Shown here piece by piece: positions 1 to 14,673 of a stretch of 64,000 nt of DNA. The notes under the pieces are model-generated. The model saw only the letters and a program-made list of their open reading frames with translations, had not been told where the DNA came from and did no database searches. This DNA is from Spironucleus salmonicida (lineage: Eukaryota). The position numbers and the translations under genes were made by a program. The DNA is taken from NCBI RefSeq assembly GCF_000497125.1, contig NC_090598.1, forward strand, positions 930,001-994,000, written 5' to 3'. The number at the start of each line of letters is the position of its first letter. Within the stretch, counting starts at the first letter, position 1.

Positions 1-3000
1 GATGTGGGTTGTAACAGTGCCAGCTGGCAGAGTGGCTCGACCTTGTCCTGCTCCTGACAGATCGTGCAGCCACCAAACTTTAATTATTCAGATTCTTAAT
101 TTTTACTTTGGTGCAATGGTTAGCTACATGACTAATTTAGCAAGAGCTCGCTGGTTCGACTCTGCTATTTGGTGGATTTTAGCGATTCAAGTCGGCTCTT
201 TAGAGAGATTTTCGACTACACAATTTGCGTTTTAGCAGTTTCGGCTACTAACGATTGCGCGATCCTGGGAAGCTGCAGATGATGCAGCCGGTCCGCTAGA
301 CCCATATCTAAGCACGTTCGGCTCAGAATTAGAAGTGCATTGGAGCCAATTTTGGAAGCCATTTCCTGGTTTTAGAGCTTGTCCAACAGGTAGAACACGA
401 GGGACTCGAATTCTGGTAATTTCAGAAAAGTCTGATACAGGCCAGAAAACTCGTGCATCTGTGCCATACAGGCCGGAAATTTGGTCTTTTCGAAACTCTG
501 CGTCTCGTAGTAAAATCCAAGTTGTCCTGAGTCTGCGAAAAACGGATCGTAAAAGGAGAGGCCTTCAAGTAGTTCTGGTTTGATAGTGAACGTTATTGTC
601 ACGCTGTCGGTGGAGTACAGACGGAACACATGCTCAGCTTTTTGTTCGTTTGCAATTTTTCTCAACATTGATTTTAGGTAATCCGGGGAATAGTAGGGCT
701 CTTCGTCAAATGCTGACGTTATTTAGCTGAAGGTGGGGTTATCATGGGCGATTAAAAATTAAATTAAATAGTTTTGAACATATGCGTCGATAGATGGAAT
801 ATTAAGCGATTTAAAAGTAACAATATTGATAAATTTAACAAAGTCTATAAGCATTTTTATCTTTCTGGTCTCGTCTTCTTTGTTTTCATCAATAACTAAC
901 TTTTAATGGTCAAAGTCATAGAATCCGAACAAGTGTAAAGTTTAGTAAAACCATTAAACGGCAGTAGAATTATCATAAGAAAAATTTAGTATTAAAATCT
1001 ATTAAGCTAATTAATACTGATGATACGCATCATAGAACATTGTTTTCTACTACTAATTAAAAATATATTCCAAGAAAAACTCAACCTTTTCACCCAACCT
1101 TCGGAAACCTTAAGATTAAAAAATTGACTTTGAAACTATTACATTGGTAGCAAAAATATTTAAAGTATTAAGCACCTCGGAAACTTCTAAATTCATAGCT
1201 TATATTTCGATTGATAATAATTCTGCTAATGGTAACTCATACCCCGTTATATCTTAATTATGATATGTGCTATATACATCTAAGATTTAAGCCAAAAATG
1301 CAGTTAATGAATTTTAGATTTGATGGTACGTTTCTTTTGTATTTTTATCAGCTTCATCAAATTTAGAATTATATTAATGCAAATAAAGTCGACTTAACTT
1401 TTAAAAATGATCTTTGCTATTTTAAAATCCAAACTGTTGACTTTTAGAATGAATGAATATTAACTAAACTAAATATTAAATCATTTGTTTAATAGACATT
1501 ATATTTTTAGGATCATATGTAATTTCTTATATAACTTATGTAACTTTTTAGACTTGAGGAAGCAGCTCATTTTTTTAGTAAAACTACGAAAAAAACCATT
1601 AAAATTAAAACCATTAAAATTATTTTCGCTAATGATTAAATAAATAGAGCGACTAATAAATACCTTCATCATTTTATGGATCACGCAAAACAAACCTTGG
1701 TAATTAAAGATAAGCAAAAAAAGAAAACGATAATAATATATGGAAACATGTAAGCTTTCCATTTAAAATTTACTATATAAAATATGGTTATTTCTAACTA
1801 TATTAGAATGTCTCTATTTTATTTAATTAATCCATTAAGATATGTTATTAATCCTTAACTGCAAACTAATATGAATCTATTGGTTATAAATTCCGTGTAA
1901 TGATAAACATTATTTCTAATCGTTCGGTAATATTTTAACAAATTTAAGTATCTTATAAACTCAAAACTTCATAAGATAATTCTTTGTATATGTTACTAAA
2001 ATCATAATTGGAATTTATTTTAGCTTCACAAAAAGAAAAATCATGAATAAATGAAATAATATTTGTAATTTCAAAAAATTATGAAACCTACAATTATTAG
2101 TTGCTAATATTTATACAGTTATGGCTTTAGGCAATTACATTACTCCAAACATCATCATATGGTTGCTTATTTAACATTTTTTACACTAGTAATAATTATT
2201 TAAAGCAAAATAGCTCTGATATTTTTTATCTATATAATTGCTAGCCACTAAATTCATTTACTAAAAAAAGTTAAAATTCATTTGTTATTAATTTTATATC
2301 ATCCCTAAGATTATTAAATGCAAAAAACATTAAAATGAATGGGCCTTAGAACAAATTAAACTATTAAGTTAAAGAATTTTAGGTATAATCTATAGAGTTA
2401 CAATAAAATAAACTATTAGCCAAATCTTACTATAAAAGTGTCTCAATCTTAGTATTTTAATCAAATTGTGAATATGTTATAATCTTAGCAAATACATTCC
2501 ATATAACTTCAGATTTTGACGGTTACAAAATCTACAGTAAAAAACTTAAAATAATTGAAAGTGCACTTTTAGCAATTTATTATGTATCCTAGTCTTCGAA
2601 TAATATAATATTAACTAAATACTATATAGAATACGTTAGGTAGAAAAGTTAAGAGGTCAACCTAATCATTTGATAGTTCTATTGCTCCTATTCTAAATAT
2701 TCATTCATATCTTAGTGTTTATGTTATTTACAAAAACCAATTGGATTAATAGCTTCGATATACCCACAATCACACATTCCTTAACCATATGAGTATGTAT
2801 AAAAATGATCTTAGTGAAAGTTTTCATCAAAACATTAACAACAATATGTAGAATTTCTATCATTAGAGCAAGTAAGACACTTAAACTACAAACCATGTAT
2901 ATGTTTACCGCATGTTGGAGTAGCAGCTGATTCATTAATTTACTCCAGTGACATGTTATAATATTTTGAAGACTATGGAAAAACTTACAATAAAAAATAA

Positions 3001-3113
3001 CTCAGTAACTAGGTTTAATCAATAGGAATAGTTAATTATGATTATTATAAAGCGTTAATAACTGTTAAATCAGATAAACTAGAAAATGTATTTAATATAG
3101 AGGTCAAGCTCAT
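1..3113 (-). CDS. UBR-box (N-recognin zinc finger) protein, probable E3 ubiquitin ligase; 3' end outside window
   Basis: Code-6 ORF from ATG 3113 (MSLTSILNTF), in frame with track ORF 372..668 and open at the window edge. Positions ~2715-2915 encode CGKHIHGLQFKCLTCSNDRNSTYCCQCFDENFHQDHFYTYSYGQGMCDCGYIEAINPIGFCKQH, the UBR-box pattern. The middle of the ORF was only spot-checked. Confidence 0.85.
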
Positions 3114-3167
3114 TTAATAATAACAATTAATATTATTAAATATACTACTGCTTCACATAATAATTAA

Positions 3168-3404
3168 ATGAATTTGGAAATTGAAAACCTAGTTTTATAG
3201 ACTATAATCGACTAACAATAACAACTTAAAATATAACTACTCTAAGAATTAAATAGATTAACTTAAGAGAAAGTTACAATATAAAAGAGCAAAATTCGAT
3301 GTAATACTAAATCAAAGGTCACACTAGACTTAAGCTAGAAATAGTTATTACTTATATAAGCTGAGAATTGCAGAAGGACTTTGAATTATAAATTATGTGA
3401 ATGA
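3168..3404 (+). CDS. hypothetical protein, 78 aa
   Basis: Code-6 ORF MNLEIENLVLQTIIDQQQQLK...KLCE*, divergent from the UBR gene. Confidence 0.45.
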
Positions 3405-3483
3405 GTTTAATATCTAGGTTTTCACTATCGTATTATTATATAGATTATATGATCTTTCCAAATTTTCCCCTTCAAATTTTAAA

Positions 3484-4581
3484 ATGTCAGTACATGCTGA
3501 TTATTAAACTATGAATCTTTTAGGCTAGGGTTCATTCGGAAAAGTCTATAAAGTACAATCTCGTCGTGATGGTAAAATCTATGCCATGAAAGAGATTAAT
3601 TATTCCAAAATGAAAACGAAAGAAAAAGAACTGTTAGTTTCTGAAGTAAATCTCTTACGTAAGCTGGACCACTAGTCTATTGTAAAGTATGTAGATCGGT
3701 ACTAGGACAAAAATCTCTCTACAATCTACATTGTCATGGAACTTTGTCAGGCGGGTGATCTTTCGAAGTTTATTAAGACTCGCAAAACCTAATAAAAATA
3801 CATAGAAGAAGAGCTAGTGTGGACTATTTTCTTATAAGTGCTATAAGCCGTTGACTATTGCCACCATCCTCCACCAACTTCTCAATTAACCCAAAAGCTA
3901 ATTAACCGTGATTTGAAACCCGCAAACGTCTTTTTAACAGATCAAAGAACCATAAAAGTCGGCGATTTTGGTCTCTGCAGAACCCTAGGTGACCAATCAA
4001 TCGCTAAAACCAACGTAGGAACGCCCCTTTATATGGCGCCTGAACTCTTAGAAAACAAACCGTACAACGAAAAGGTTGACATCTGGTCTCTAGGCTGCAT
4101 TTTGTATGAGATGTGCGCCTTATAACCTCCATATGTAGCAACCTCAATGGACTCTTTAAAGCTCAAAGTAGCACGCGGAATCCGCCCGTTCATTCCAGCT
4201 CACTATTCGAAAGAACTCAAGGAAACGATCGACGCAATGCTCCACAAGGACTTCAACAGAAGAGTCGGCACCAAAGACGTTCTGGCGATGCCTTGGATCC
4301 AGAAAATGGTCAACGCGATGGTCCCAAAACCGCAAGTTAATTAGGTCGAACAAGTCCCTCAGAAGACGGTAACAGCCCCTTTCAAACCCGCCTGGCAGAA
4401 GCCTTCCTATAACTACGTTTTCGGTTTCGACGGAATGAGCAAAAACAACGCAGTTTTGTGGGAGCAGCAGCTGAAGCTCAAAGAATCGGAACTTGAGAAA
4501 TTCGAAAAAGTCATCGATGAGAAGGAAAAATATGCGAAGGAAAGATGCGCGCAGTTGGGCATTGGCTACGACTGGATTTGA
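3484..4581 (+). CDS. NEK (NimA/NEK2-like) Ser/Thr kinase
   Basis: Motifs LGQGSFGKV, YAMKEINY, SEVNLLRKL, NRDLKPANVFL, DFG, GTPLYMAPE, DIWSLGCILYEMCALQPP; coiled-coil tail; continuous only with TAA/TAG=Gln. Confidence 0.95.
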
Positions 4582-4605
4582 GCATCTGCGAGTGAAAGTT
4601 GTCAA

Positions 4606-4947
4606 ATGTTAGTTTTGGTGTATAATAATGAAGCAGAAAAGAAGGAGTGGAAAGCTAAATTTGCAGATTTTGGGAGGAATGAAAAATTGACCGGGTGGTT
4701 GAAAATGGATAAAAAGAGGTTATCAGTGCCTTTTGAAAGAGTCAGATGGGGGAAAATAGGTAGTTAAATTTCGAAATTTCGGTTTGATTTGTAATAATTA
4801 TAAAACGAGCTAAATTTACTTTGGAAAAATTACTGCTAATAGCACCTGGAAATGAAGAAGCAAATAATTTTTTAACTGGTTTCTATTAAATAAAATTTGC
4901 TATTTTACTTGATAGGTTAGACTGATTTCAAGTACAAAATACGCTGA
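4606..4947 (+). CDS. hypothetical protein, 113 aa
   Basis: Code-6 ORF MLVLVYNNEAEKKEWK...; no recognisable motif. Confidence 0.3.
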
Positions 4948-5672
4948 AAATGAACTGTTTGCAATGAGACTTTTGATGAGGTTCTGAAATTATATTAGGT
5001 GCTAAGAATGTGAGGTAAAAGATTATAGAAACTGGCGATTTATCTTATTTTGCATATTAACATACATTCAGTTTAATATATGGCTAGTAAGTTTATTACA
5101 GTTTTGTTGATCCGGAAAATGAAAAAGAACGTAAAGAGATAATTTAATTCGTATCTGATGAAATTAACTACTAGGTATTAAAAATAAAAATATATATTCT
5201 ACATATAGAATGAATACAGTTAAATTAATTTATACAATTTTAATATTATAATTCAGGTAATTAACTTCAACAATTTAAATTATGTTTCTCTAAATATATA
5301 ACGTATTCATTGTTAATATTAATAACGGGTACCTTTGGATATTTAGCATAGTATTTTTAGATATAGATTTATTTCTCTTACTTATAATTAGCACTATATA
5401 TAACCTATTTATACCTAAAATTAAATATCATTAATGTAGAAGGTACGACCATGTTAACTGGAACCATTTTTGCCAAAGTGCATTAGCAAGCCACGTTTTA
5501 ATTTTTCATCTAAAATATCTGATGTTAAGAAACCAATTAATACATAGCGCTATAAGAAGTGTATTAGATGCCCGTCGATATTTGATGATTTAGAACAAGT
5601 AAAGCTGATATTATCATAAAGAGCAAAACCTTCGTTAAATCAAAGAACCGAATTACTGATAGACTGATTTCC

Positions 5673-6905
5673 TCACTCAAAGCAATCGGCAAGGTCCGGA
5701 TTACAGAAATTCAGCACCTGGCCCCTGAACGAGAAAGCAACTCCAGATGGAGGCAAAACCTCTAACCCCTCTTCAAGATTTTAAGCACTGGCAATCTCGC
5801 GCTACTTCTCTGTTTTCATTTTTTCCTTCAGAAGTTGCTCAAACGTAAGCGACGTATCAACCTTCTAAACAGGTTTTTGCGGCCTCTCGACCTTCTAAAC
5901 GCCCCATCCTGAGGCAGCTTATGCGATCTCAGGAGCGTTCGCTGAAATGACTGGTTTCTCAGCCATTTTTTCCACTAACTTCTCAATCTCATTTTCCACA
6001 ACGTCAACGGGCTTGGACTCGTAGTGCCTTTCGGGGGTTATCTGCTTCGAAAAATCACTGAAAATCGCGTTCTTGTCTTTGACGATGGGAACCACAATTT
6101 AGAGCACCTACGCATCCTTGAACTTCGGGTTTTTGACCATTTTGGCCACCACCTGCTTGGCATTCATCGCCTGCGCGATGTCCTTCTGCAGCACGCGATC
6201 CCCGACGGTGACCTTGATGAAGCGCTCCTGGACCTCCAGCTTAACGCTTTTGGGATCAATTTCAGCCGGAATTCCGACCTCCAACTTGACCTTATCGGCG
6301 CCCCTGATTTCCTGAATGTTGACCCGCTCGTCCTGCATGTAGTCCGCGTAATCCGTATTCTGCACGTAGCTGAGCACGCTCTCGAGCTCCTCACCCGCTC
6401 CGAAATCCCGCTTCATCTGCTCGACCTCGGCGACCAAATGGTCGAGTTTCGAGAAGTCCTCCGCCGGGCCCTTCTGCGCAATGCTTTCGTACACGCTCTC
6501 GAGCCCCCTGGCCCTCTGGAGCAGCAGCTGCTCCTCGGTACGCTCCCGCTCGGCGCGCTCCAAAGCTGCCTTCGTGCCCTTCTGCGTCTTCCGGAGGGCC
6601 ACTTTGCCGCTGGCGGTTTTGGGCGTTTTGTCTGCGAATTTTACCGGTTTCGGGGGGTTCTGGACCTCCTCGACCACCTGCTGCGCCGCCGCCATCGCCT
6701 CCGCCTCAGAGAGCTGCTTTTCGAAGTCCTTCCGCGAGGTTTCGCTCTGCATTTCCTTCGCGAATTCCGCGAAAATCTCCTGGAACTCGGGCTTCTCGAA
6801 GGCCTTCTCGAAGCGGGAGGCCTCGTCGGGGGTGAGCTTCTGCTTCATCGCCGAGTCCGACATCGACTGGCTGAAGAGCTGGGAAAATTCGGCTGGGTTG
6901 AACAT
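5673..6905 (-). CDS. Kintoun/PF13 (DNAAF2)-like dynein assembly factor with CS-like domain
   Basis: N-terminus LTPDEASRFEKAFEKPEFQEIFAEFAKEM resembles the Kintoun N-terminal helices; CS/HSP20-like segment KVKLEVGIP...VKLEV...VVAK...LQIVVPIV; ends GAG TGA. Confidence 0.65.
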
Positions 6906-7604
6906 ATTGCGAATGTGGAAGGGAAAATATAATACTTCTTTTCACTATATAATAATGCTAAAAATCGAAATTGGAATTAGATTTTACGTTTTCCACTGGA
7001 AGTCCAGATTGACCGTTCGCAGTGCGTATGCGAATTCGCGCGAAGTTGCTGCAGGGCGGCACATGCCAAGGCGTTACTGGCTGCAATTCGCAGTTTTCAG
7101 CCGATGCGCTGGACGCGCGAAATGAAGATTCCTTCCGGCAGCAGCGGGCTCTCATGCCCAGTCTGCGTCACTGCATCTGCCCGCATTAGCGTTTTCCCAC
7201 TCCTTTTTAGCGCACTGGCGCACGCCGTTATATCACATAGCAGACAGCCCAGAACCAGCGCCTCCTGCACTTTTTAGCAGTGCCGCGCGTTGATGTACGC
7301 GAAGAATACTGTGCTAAGGCCCACGAGCGCCGCGCGCTCGCCAGGGACCACTTTCAGTCTTCTCGCGACGAGCGGTTTTTCCTGCAGAATTCGCGTCCCC
7401 AAAATGCAGCTGATTTGGCCGTAAAGGGAGATTTTTCGCAGGTTTAGCGCGGTCGTGAGCAGCGCTAGAAGGCAAATGGCGCTTGCGAGCATTCCCTGGG
7501 CTCGCAGGCAAGTAAAAACGTTTGTTGGCCACTCCGAATCTGGAGAAGATTTTAACTATATAGGGATATATAAGCAGGTGTAGAATCACTCAAGTAAAAA
7601 GAAA

Positions 7605-7865
7605 ATGAAAGCCCAAGTAGTGCGTGCCACACGCGACACAATGACGCCAGATGCGGAGTCCTCCGCCTACCTGGAGTCTACTGGACGCTTTCTACCGCTA
7701 GAGACCACTTTCTCGCTCATATTGAGAGTACGGAGCCAGATGCAGATGCTGCGGAGCTTAGAAGACCGCGTTGGAAAGGTTGAGCAGTAGGCGGCTGCGG
7801 TGGCTGATACTTGCCGTATCCTGAACCAAAACAACCTTGAGCTCTATTTCGCGCTCGAGGAGTGA
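7605..7865 (+). CDS. hypothetical protein, 86 aa
   Basis: ORF reads through TAG to GAG TGA (AGTGA stop context). Confidence 0.6.
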
Positions 7866-7946
7866 GTTGCCTTTTCAAATCCTTTAAATATAGCATAGCT
7901 GAAAGATAATTCTATAATAAATTAAATCATCAGTATATGGAGCTTA

Positions 7947-9326
7947 TCAAGCCATCATTTCTACAGGAGTTGATTCCTTAGTGCCATTCTTCTTTTAAAG
8001 GAATAACTTGATTTCTCTGTAGGCTACTAACCCAACCATAAAACATCCGATTGCTATAACTAAAATCAGCATATAGCCGCCCCCAATCGCCCCAAATTAC
8101 TTATCCATGCCAAAATCTGAAGTAATGATGCTACCAGTACCTGCTAGCAGACGAGCTGCGATTTCTGTCTAAATTGTCCAGGATACTAAGCGAATGCTGG
8201 GCTGATACTTTGCAAATAGAGGTGCTGTAAAAGTGATGGTTGATATGAAGTTAGCCTTTTTGTTTAGCAGACCAGCAGCGTGAATTGTTACGCTATCCAT
8301 ACTACCAAATACTTTTTCCGCCTCAGCAAGATTACCTTGCGTATCTACACGGACTGTAAAATTAGTGTTAGTATTTGCATCCACTAGTTACTTTATGGCA
8401 GCCATAACGGCGGTTGGGTCACTTTTATCCTTAACATCCAGCATAGCAATAGATCCAGTGCCATTTACCATTTTACAGTGAGTTTTGATAGCCTTAATTC
8501 CATCTTCTGCAGAAGTAAGGTTTAAAGCCTCTAAGGCAGCATCATGACCATTTGTGTACTAACGATAGGGATCAATTTTAACCCAAAGCTTTCCGACATT
8601 AATTTTCATTAAAGTAGCCTAATCTTCATCTATCATGTTCTTACCGATAAATTTAGCATCGTGACTATAATGGTCAATCTGCTTATCGTGCGCTAGAATG
8701 AGTTTTTTGTCGCTAGTCAAACGGATGTCCAGCTCAACCGCATACGGTTTAGACGACTTACACGTTTTTTCGATTGTGTAAGCCGTACCTTCTGGACCGT
8801 TTTCAGGCCCTGAACGATGCGCGATAAATAACCCTGATGATAGTTTCATACTGAAGGAAGACGCATCATAGAAGATCGAATTTCCGTATAAGAAGAATAT
8901 CGCAGTGCACAAAACAAACCATCCTATACGCCCTACACACTTCCCAGTGCTAGAGGTGCGATAAAGTAGCATGAAGCGCAAAAACACAGCAAAAGGGGCC
9001 AACAGCAGAGTAATGCTGAGCAACGGGTAGATATTGTACCCTTATGCCATTCCTTGCAGAAACAATGTAACTGCTAGCATCAAACCAACCATGACCCACT
9101 GTACTATAATACGGGTCTTCGCAGCTTTTACTAGTATCGATACGACAATTAGAACGATCAAGAATGCGATAACGAAGCTCATTGCGAAAGCGCAAATCGA
9201 TGGAAAACTGATCTAGAATTTAAACCGGAAATCGCAGTCAATCTGCTCTTGATTGAAGATTAGCGTCAAAATATCAATGTAGCACAGTGTTCCAGCGACC
9301 CAATATGGCGATGCTGCTATGTACAT
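7947..9326 (-). CDS. membrane-anchored glycerophosphodiester phosphodiesterase (GDPD family), paralog 1
   Basis: IAHRSGPENGPEGT, VELDIRLTSDKKLILAHD, LVSWTI; several N-terminal hydrophobic helices and one C-terminal helix; 459 aa in code 6. Confidence 0.88.
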
Positions 9327-10305
9327 TTTCAAAGATAAAGATACATGCTAAATATGTATGATAACTAACAATATTTGTAAGTAGTGTTTTAGATATGACT
9401 AGTTTTAGAATATAAAATACTTAGTATTCGTTGAAAAATTTGTAAATATTAAATAATATTAAATATTTTTATGTTTTAAGTAAATATATTTTTATTAAGA
9501 CAATATTGTGGATAAATGGCTGAAAAACTGGAATTACTTAGTTTCGCTTCGTAAGTAAAAAATAGATTATATTCTGGTTTTGTGTAATAAATTACATTAA
9601 ATACGATACTAAATGAACAATGATGTGTTGTAAAAAGTGAAGTATAGTTATTTATGAGTTTCTTTTGGCAGAAAATAGAATTTTATAAAAAAAATTAAAT
9701 TTGAGTGCAAATAGTAGATAAAAATTATTAAGTTGAAGATTAGATCGTTAAAATAAATTTATATTAACAATTATGCATTGTTAATTTTTATATAATAAAA
9801 ATGTTTAAATCTTTAGCAAAACTCCATATGTAGAATACTATCATTGAAAAAAATATTTCATACTTATATCTGGTGATTTTCTATTAAAAATTATTTGATC
9901 TGTAATAAATAACATATAATATTGAATGTTACTCTGTTAATTGCTTTAAATAGCATAAGATCTCAGTTCCTGAACTAATATTTTGTAAGGATACACTAAT
10001 AGTTATCCTAGAAGAAATAAGTTTTTCACTGATGTTAGATTTAAAGCTGAGTATATATCAACAATGTTTTATAAATTTGTATAAACTTAAAAACATCTAT
10101 ATAATTTTACTATTCTATATAAGTTCAGTATTAGAAATTTTCCTAATCTTTTTTTAGAAATACTTTATAATAAATTGAAATTACAACATAGTTTTAATCT
10201 ATATAATACTTAACTACTACTATATCGTATAATATTAAATATGCCACTTCATTATTTATAGTTTCTTTTAGCTATCATCTATTGTTAGAAATATTCTTCC
10301 TAAAA

Positions 10306-10752
10306 ATGAACTCATAATAGAAGCTCCGCTTTTCCCTCTGCATGGTGCAGTATTTCGGACCCGACGGCCGTGCCGCGATCCGGGCGGTGCAAGCGATGAG
10401 CATGGCCCAGAAACGCGACCTGTTCCACCTAGCGAGCACCGCGGCGGACTGCAGCAGCCGGCAGGCCGTGGACTACTTCCACAACACCTGGTCCCGCCAG
10501 TTCTTCCAGTCCCCGGAGCCCTTCCGCAACGAGGTGCGCGAGCTGTGGCAGGCGTTCTCTGCGGACCCCGAGTAGCGCTACGGCGAAGTGTATGAAATCA
10601 TGCAGGAGCGGCATGGCGGAATCTTCCACCGACAGGCGCTGCGGCAGCTCGTGCTCAAGGAGTACGGCCGGCCGCCCAAGTTCACGCAGACCGACCTCGA
10701 CGCTCTTTGCTGCTTGCTGGGGTCTACAGTTTATCCAACTGAGTTTGTTTGA
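10306..10752 (+). CDS. diplomonad-type small Myb/SANT-like hypothetical protein, copy 1
   Basis: 148 aa MNSQQKLRF...QAVDYFHNTWSRQF...FHRQALRQL; near-identical copy at 28388; the Myb-like fold is inferred. Confidence 0.75.
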
Positions 10753-11087
10753 TTTTCACAAAAAAGCAACACCACAATTATTTTATTTATATGATATAAT
10801 TCGTCATTTGCGCTCCCTAGCTAAGAGCCCCTTAAAATTCGATAAACTACCCAGACGCAGCCTGGAATCCTGCGAAATAACCCTCATACCCAACATCCTA
10901 ACTCCTCACCCCCCTTAACCCACCACTACAACCCATCCTGACTCCTCACCCAAAACAAACTTCCAACATATTCTAAACTCACCAACTCACCCCCACCCTC
11001 AATTGTCCACAAACCCCCAAATTCAATTCAATTCAATTCAATGCAATTCACCCCAAATTCCCCCAAATTAACTAACTAACTCTCAAT

Positions 11088-12324
<1,237 letters not shown>

Positions 12325-12447
12325 CCCAATTAATTAACTCCCAACTACCTCTCAATTAACTAACTACCTCCCCAACTACCTCCCAATTAACTACCTACCT
12401 CCCCAACTCCCCAAATCACCTCCCAATCACTCCCCCAACTTCCCCCC

Positions 12448-13428
12448 TCACTCATAAACCTGACACTGCCCGACGCCCAAAACGCTCTCAACAGGGCAAA
12501 TCCACTCCCTGCAACGCGCCACCGCCCCGCTATCCGCCGCGCGCCCGTTAATGAAGAAAACCTGACGCAGCAAAAGCCGCAAAACGCCCAAAACGCTCTC
12601 CGCAGGCGCCGAAACGCTCTAAATCGCCTCCTTCTTCCGGCCCTCGAAAATCTGCTTGTCGAACGACGCGCAGGCCGGAAAACGCTCCTGGAACTGGTTC
12701 GTGCCCACCGCGTTCGCCACCTCGTCCGTCCGCGCGAAGAACTCGCCCAGAACGAGCGCCCGCGCGACCTTCAAATCGACCGCCGCGGGAACGTCGCATT
12801 CGAGCGCCACGAGGTTCCGGAACGGCGCCAGCGCGCGGAACTGCGGCAGCGGCAGCGCGTTTCCAGCGACGTTCAGGCGCTGCAAATTCGGCGTTTCGAT
12901 CGGCGAAATTTTGAGGGTCTGGAGCCGATTTCCCGCGAGATTTCCGGATCGGAGGAGCGGAAATCTGGCCAGAAACGCGGCGCATTCGAGCCGATTCCCT
13001 TCCGCGGAAAGGCTCGTGAGCTTCGGGAGCAGCCCGCCGCCGATGTGCGCCAGGCGGTTGAAATCCAGCACCGCAGAGCGCAGGAATGCGCCGTTTAGGT
13101 GAATGCGTTCGAGGGAACAGGAAACGATTTTCAGCGTTTATAAGTAGGGGCAAAATTTGAGTGAAATTTAGGAGTGGAAAATTGAATTGTAAATGGAAAG
13201 TTTGGTGAGGGAGAGCGAAGTATGCGTTAAAAGGTCGAAATTGAGGTCGAACGAGCAGTTTGAGAACTTTAGCGAGAGGAGCGTTTTTGATGTCAGTAGG
13301 GTGGCAAGCAGCTGGGCGGTTACCGTCACATTCGCGAGCTCCAGGTTTGGCGATTGGAACTCCGTCTGGGAGTCCACGAATTCCGTGGCGGGGACGAGCA
13401 GTAAAGATGGGTTTAGCACAGTTGACAT
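12448..13428 (-). CDS. leucine-rich repeat protein
   Basis: LxxLxLxxNxL units (LTSLSAEGNRL, LRSGNLAGNRL, LQRLNVAGNAL); code 6 joins track ORFs 13168..13491 and 12619..13071; ends GAG TGA. Confidence 0.85.
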
Positions 13429-13592
13429 TTTTGCGGAAGCGGAAGGTAACGCGGATATTAGTATATAATAATTATATAATACGAAAATCAAAAATTTGGA
13501 AAAAGGATAATATTTAATTATTATATAGTTATAAGAAGATTAAAAAAATTTGTGTTAGTATAGATGCTAAAGAGAATCAGTTACTGAATTCG

Positions 13593-13829
13593 TCACTCCC
13601 AGTCAATACTGGTGCATTACACGGTTCTATCAAGCTTGGCCCAGAGCGTCATAACGCCCTTTTTGTCCCCAGCCTAAATTATAAATTTGTAGTTTATGCC
13701 AGCTACCACCTACTGCTTAATTTCGACTATTTATACCTATCCAAACTCTTTGGAGTGCTCCTGGAATGCTTTCTAAACTGGTTCTGGAAGATCTGCGAAA
13801 GCTGTTGAAGAAAATCCACCACAAATCAT
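13593..13829 (-). CDS. cystatin (stefin-like cysteine protease inhibitor)
   Basis: MICGGFS...KQQVVAGINYKF...WAKLD; N-terminal GG and QxVxG motif, whose Gln is encoded by TAG. Confidence 0.88.
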
Positions 13830-13917
13830 TTAAATGGAATGGTACTATTATTATATAGTAGTATTAATATATTTTTTATTTTTCTACTGCAAATTTTTAA
13901 TTATTTCTAAATTACCA

Positions 13918-14673
13918 TCAAATATCAAAATTAATGACTTATAGCGTTGGAATCTTGCATATAGGTTTCTCAACAGATTCCAACTTCCTTGTCTTATTTT
14001 TTGGGGAGATCAGCAAAACAGACTTCCTAGAAGTTGTTTTACGTATTAGAGTAGGTGCCTGTGTTTGTATAATGTCTGTCTGAACCTCCCAGTCTCGCTT
14101 TGGTACATCAATCTGAGCCTGCAAACGTGCTATATGCGCCATCAACTCCCGCTCGCGCACCAGATGTTATTATGCCTTTGTCTGGTAACTCTCACAGAGT
14201 TTTTCGCAATATTCTGCCTTTTCACGCATCTAGGTTGCCTCATACTAGGCTCGCATTGCTGTTTCCTAATTCTAGAATACAATATCATGAATAACCGCCT
14301 GTGTTGACGTCTTGGTGTTTGCTGGTCCCGCAAACTTTGTCATCATCAGGTTCCTTTCTGCGAGGTCCTCAACCTGGCGTTGCAGCATACGTGACCTGTT
14401 CGTGGCCACCTTGTACTCTATTGCCTGAGAGTAATGTTCATCACTAACAGAGTTAGCTGCTTTCTAGAGTGTATTGTTACGGAATTAAAGTGAGTAAATT
14501 TCAGATTGAAATTGACCGATGCGCATCTGAGCGTCATTTACAAGCTCGTTGAGCTGTGTAAATTGGTCAGGGAAATTCTTATTAATCTTAATTTTTAGAA
14601 GCGAGAATGTCTGGTAAAGAACGTCTTGGTATCGGGCGACGTAGTCGGCCATTGATATTTTTGTTTTTAACAT
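13918..14673 (-). CDS. hypothetical coiled-coil protein, 251 aa
   Basis: Code-6 ORF joining track ORFs 14485..14673 and 13939..14160. Confidence 0.75.

Noticed and set aside
3484..4581. Pseudogene interpretation of in-frame TAA/TAG
   Set aside because: Explained by code 6; motifs are intact
6024..7125. Long + strand ORFs
   Set aside because: Antisense shadows of the GC3-rich Kintoun-like gene
6950..7590. Possible gene in a GC-moderate interval
   Set aside because: Several frames on both strands are open (for example minus-strand ATG 7492) and none could be chosen with confidence
9356..9381. Intron-like GTATGA..ACTAAC..AAG
   Set aside because: Too short, intergenic, and joins no exons
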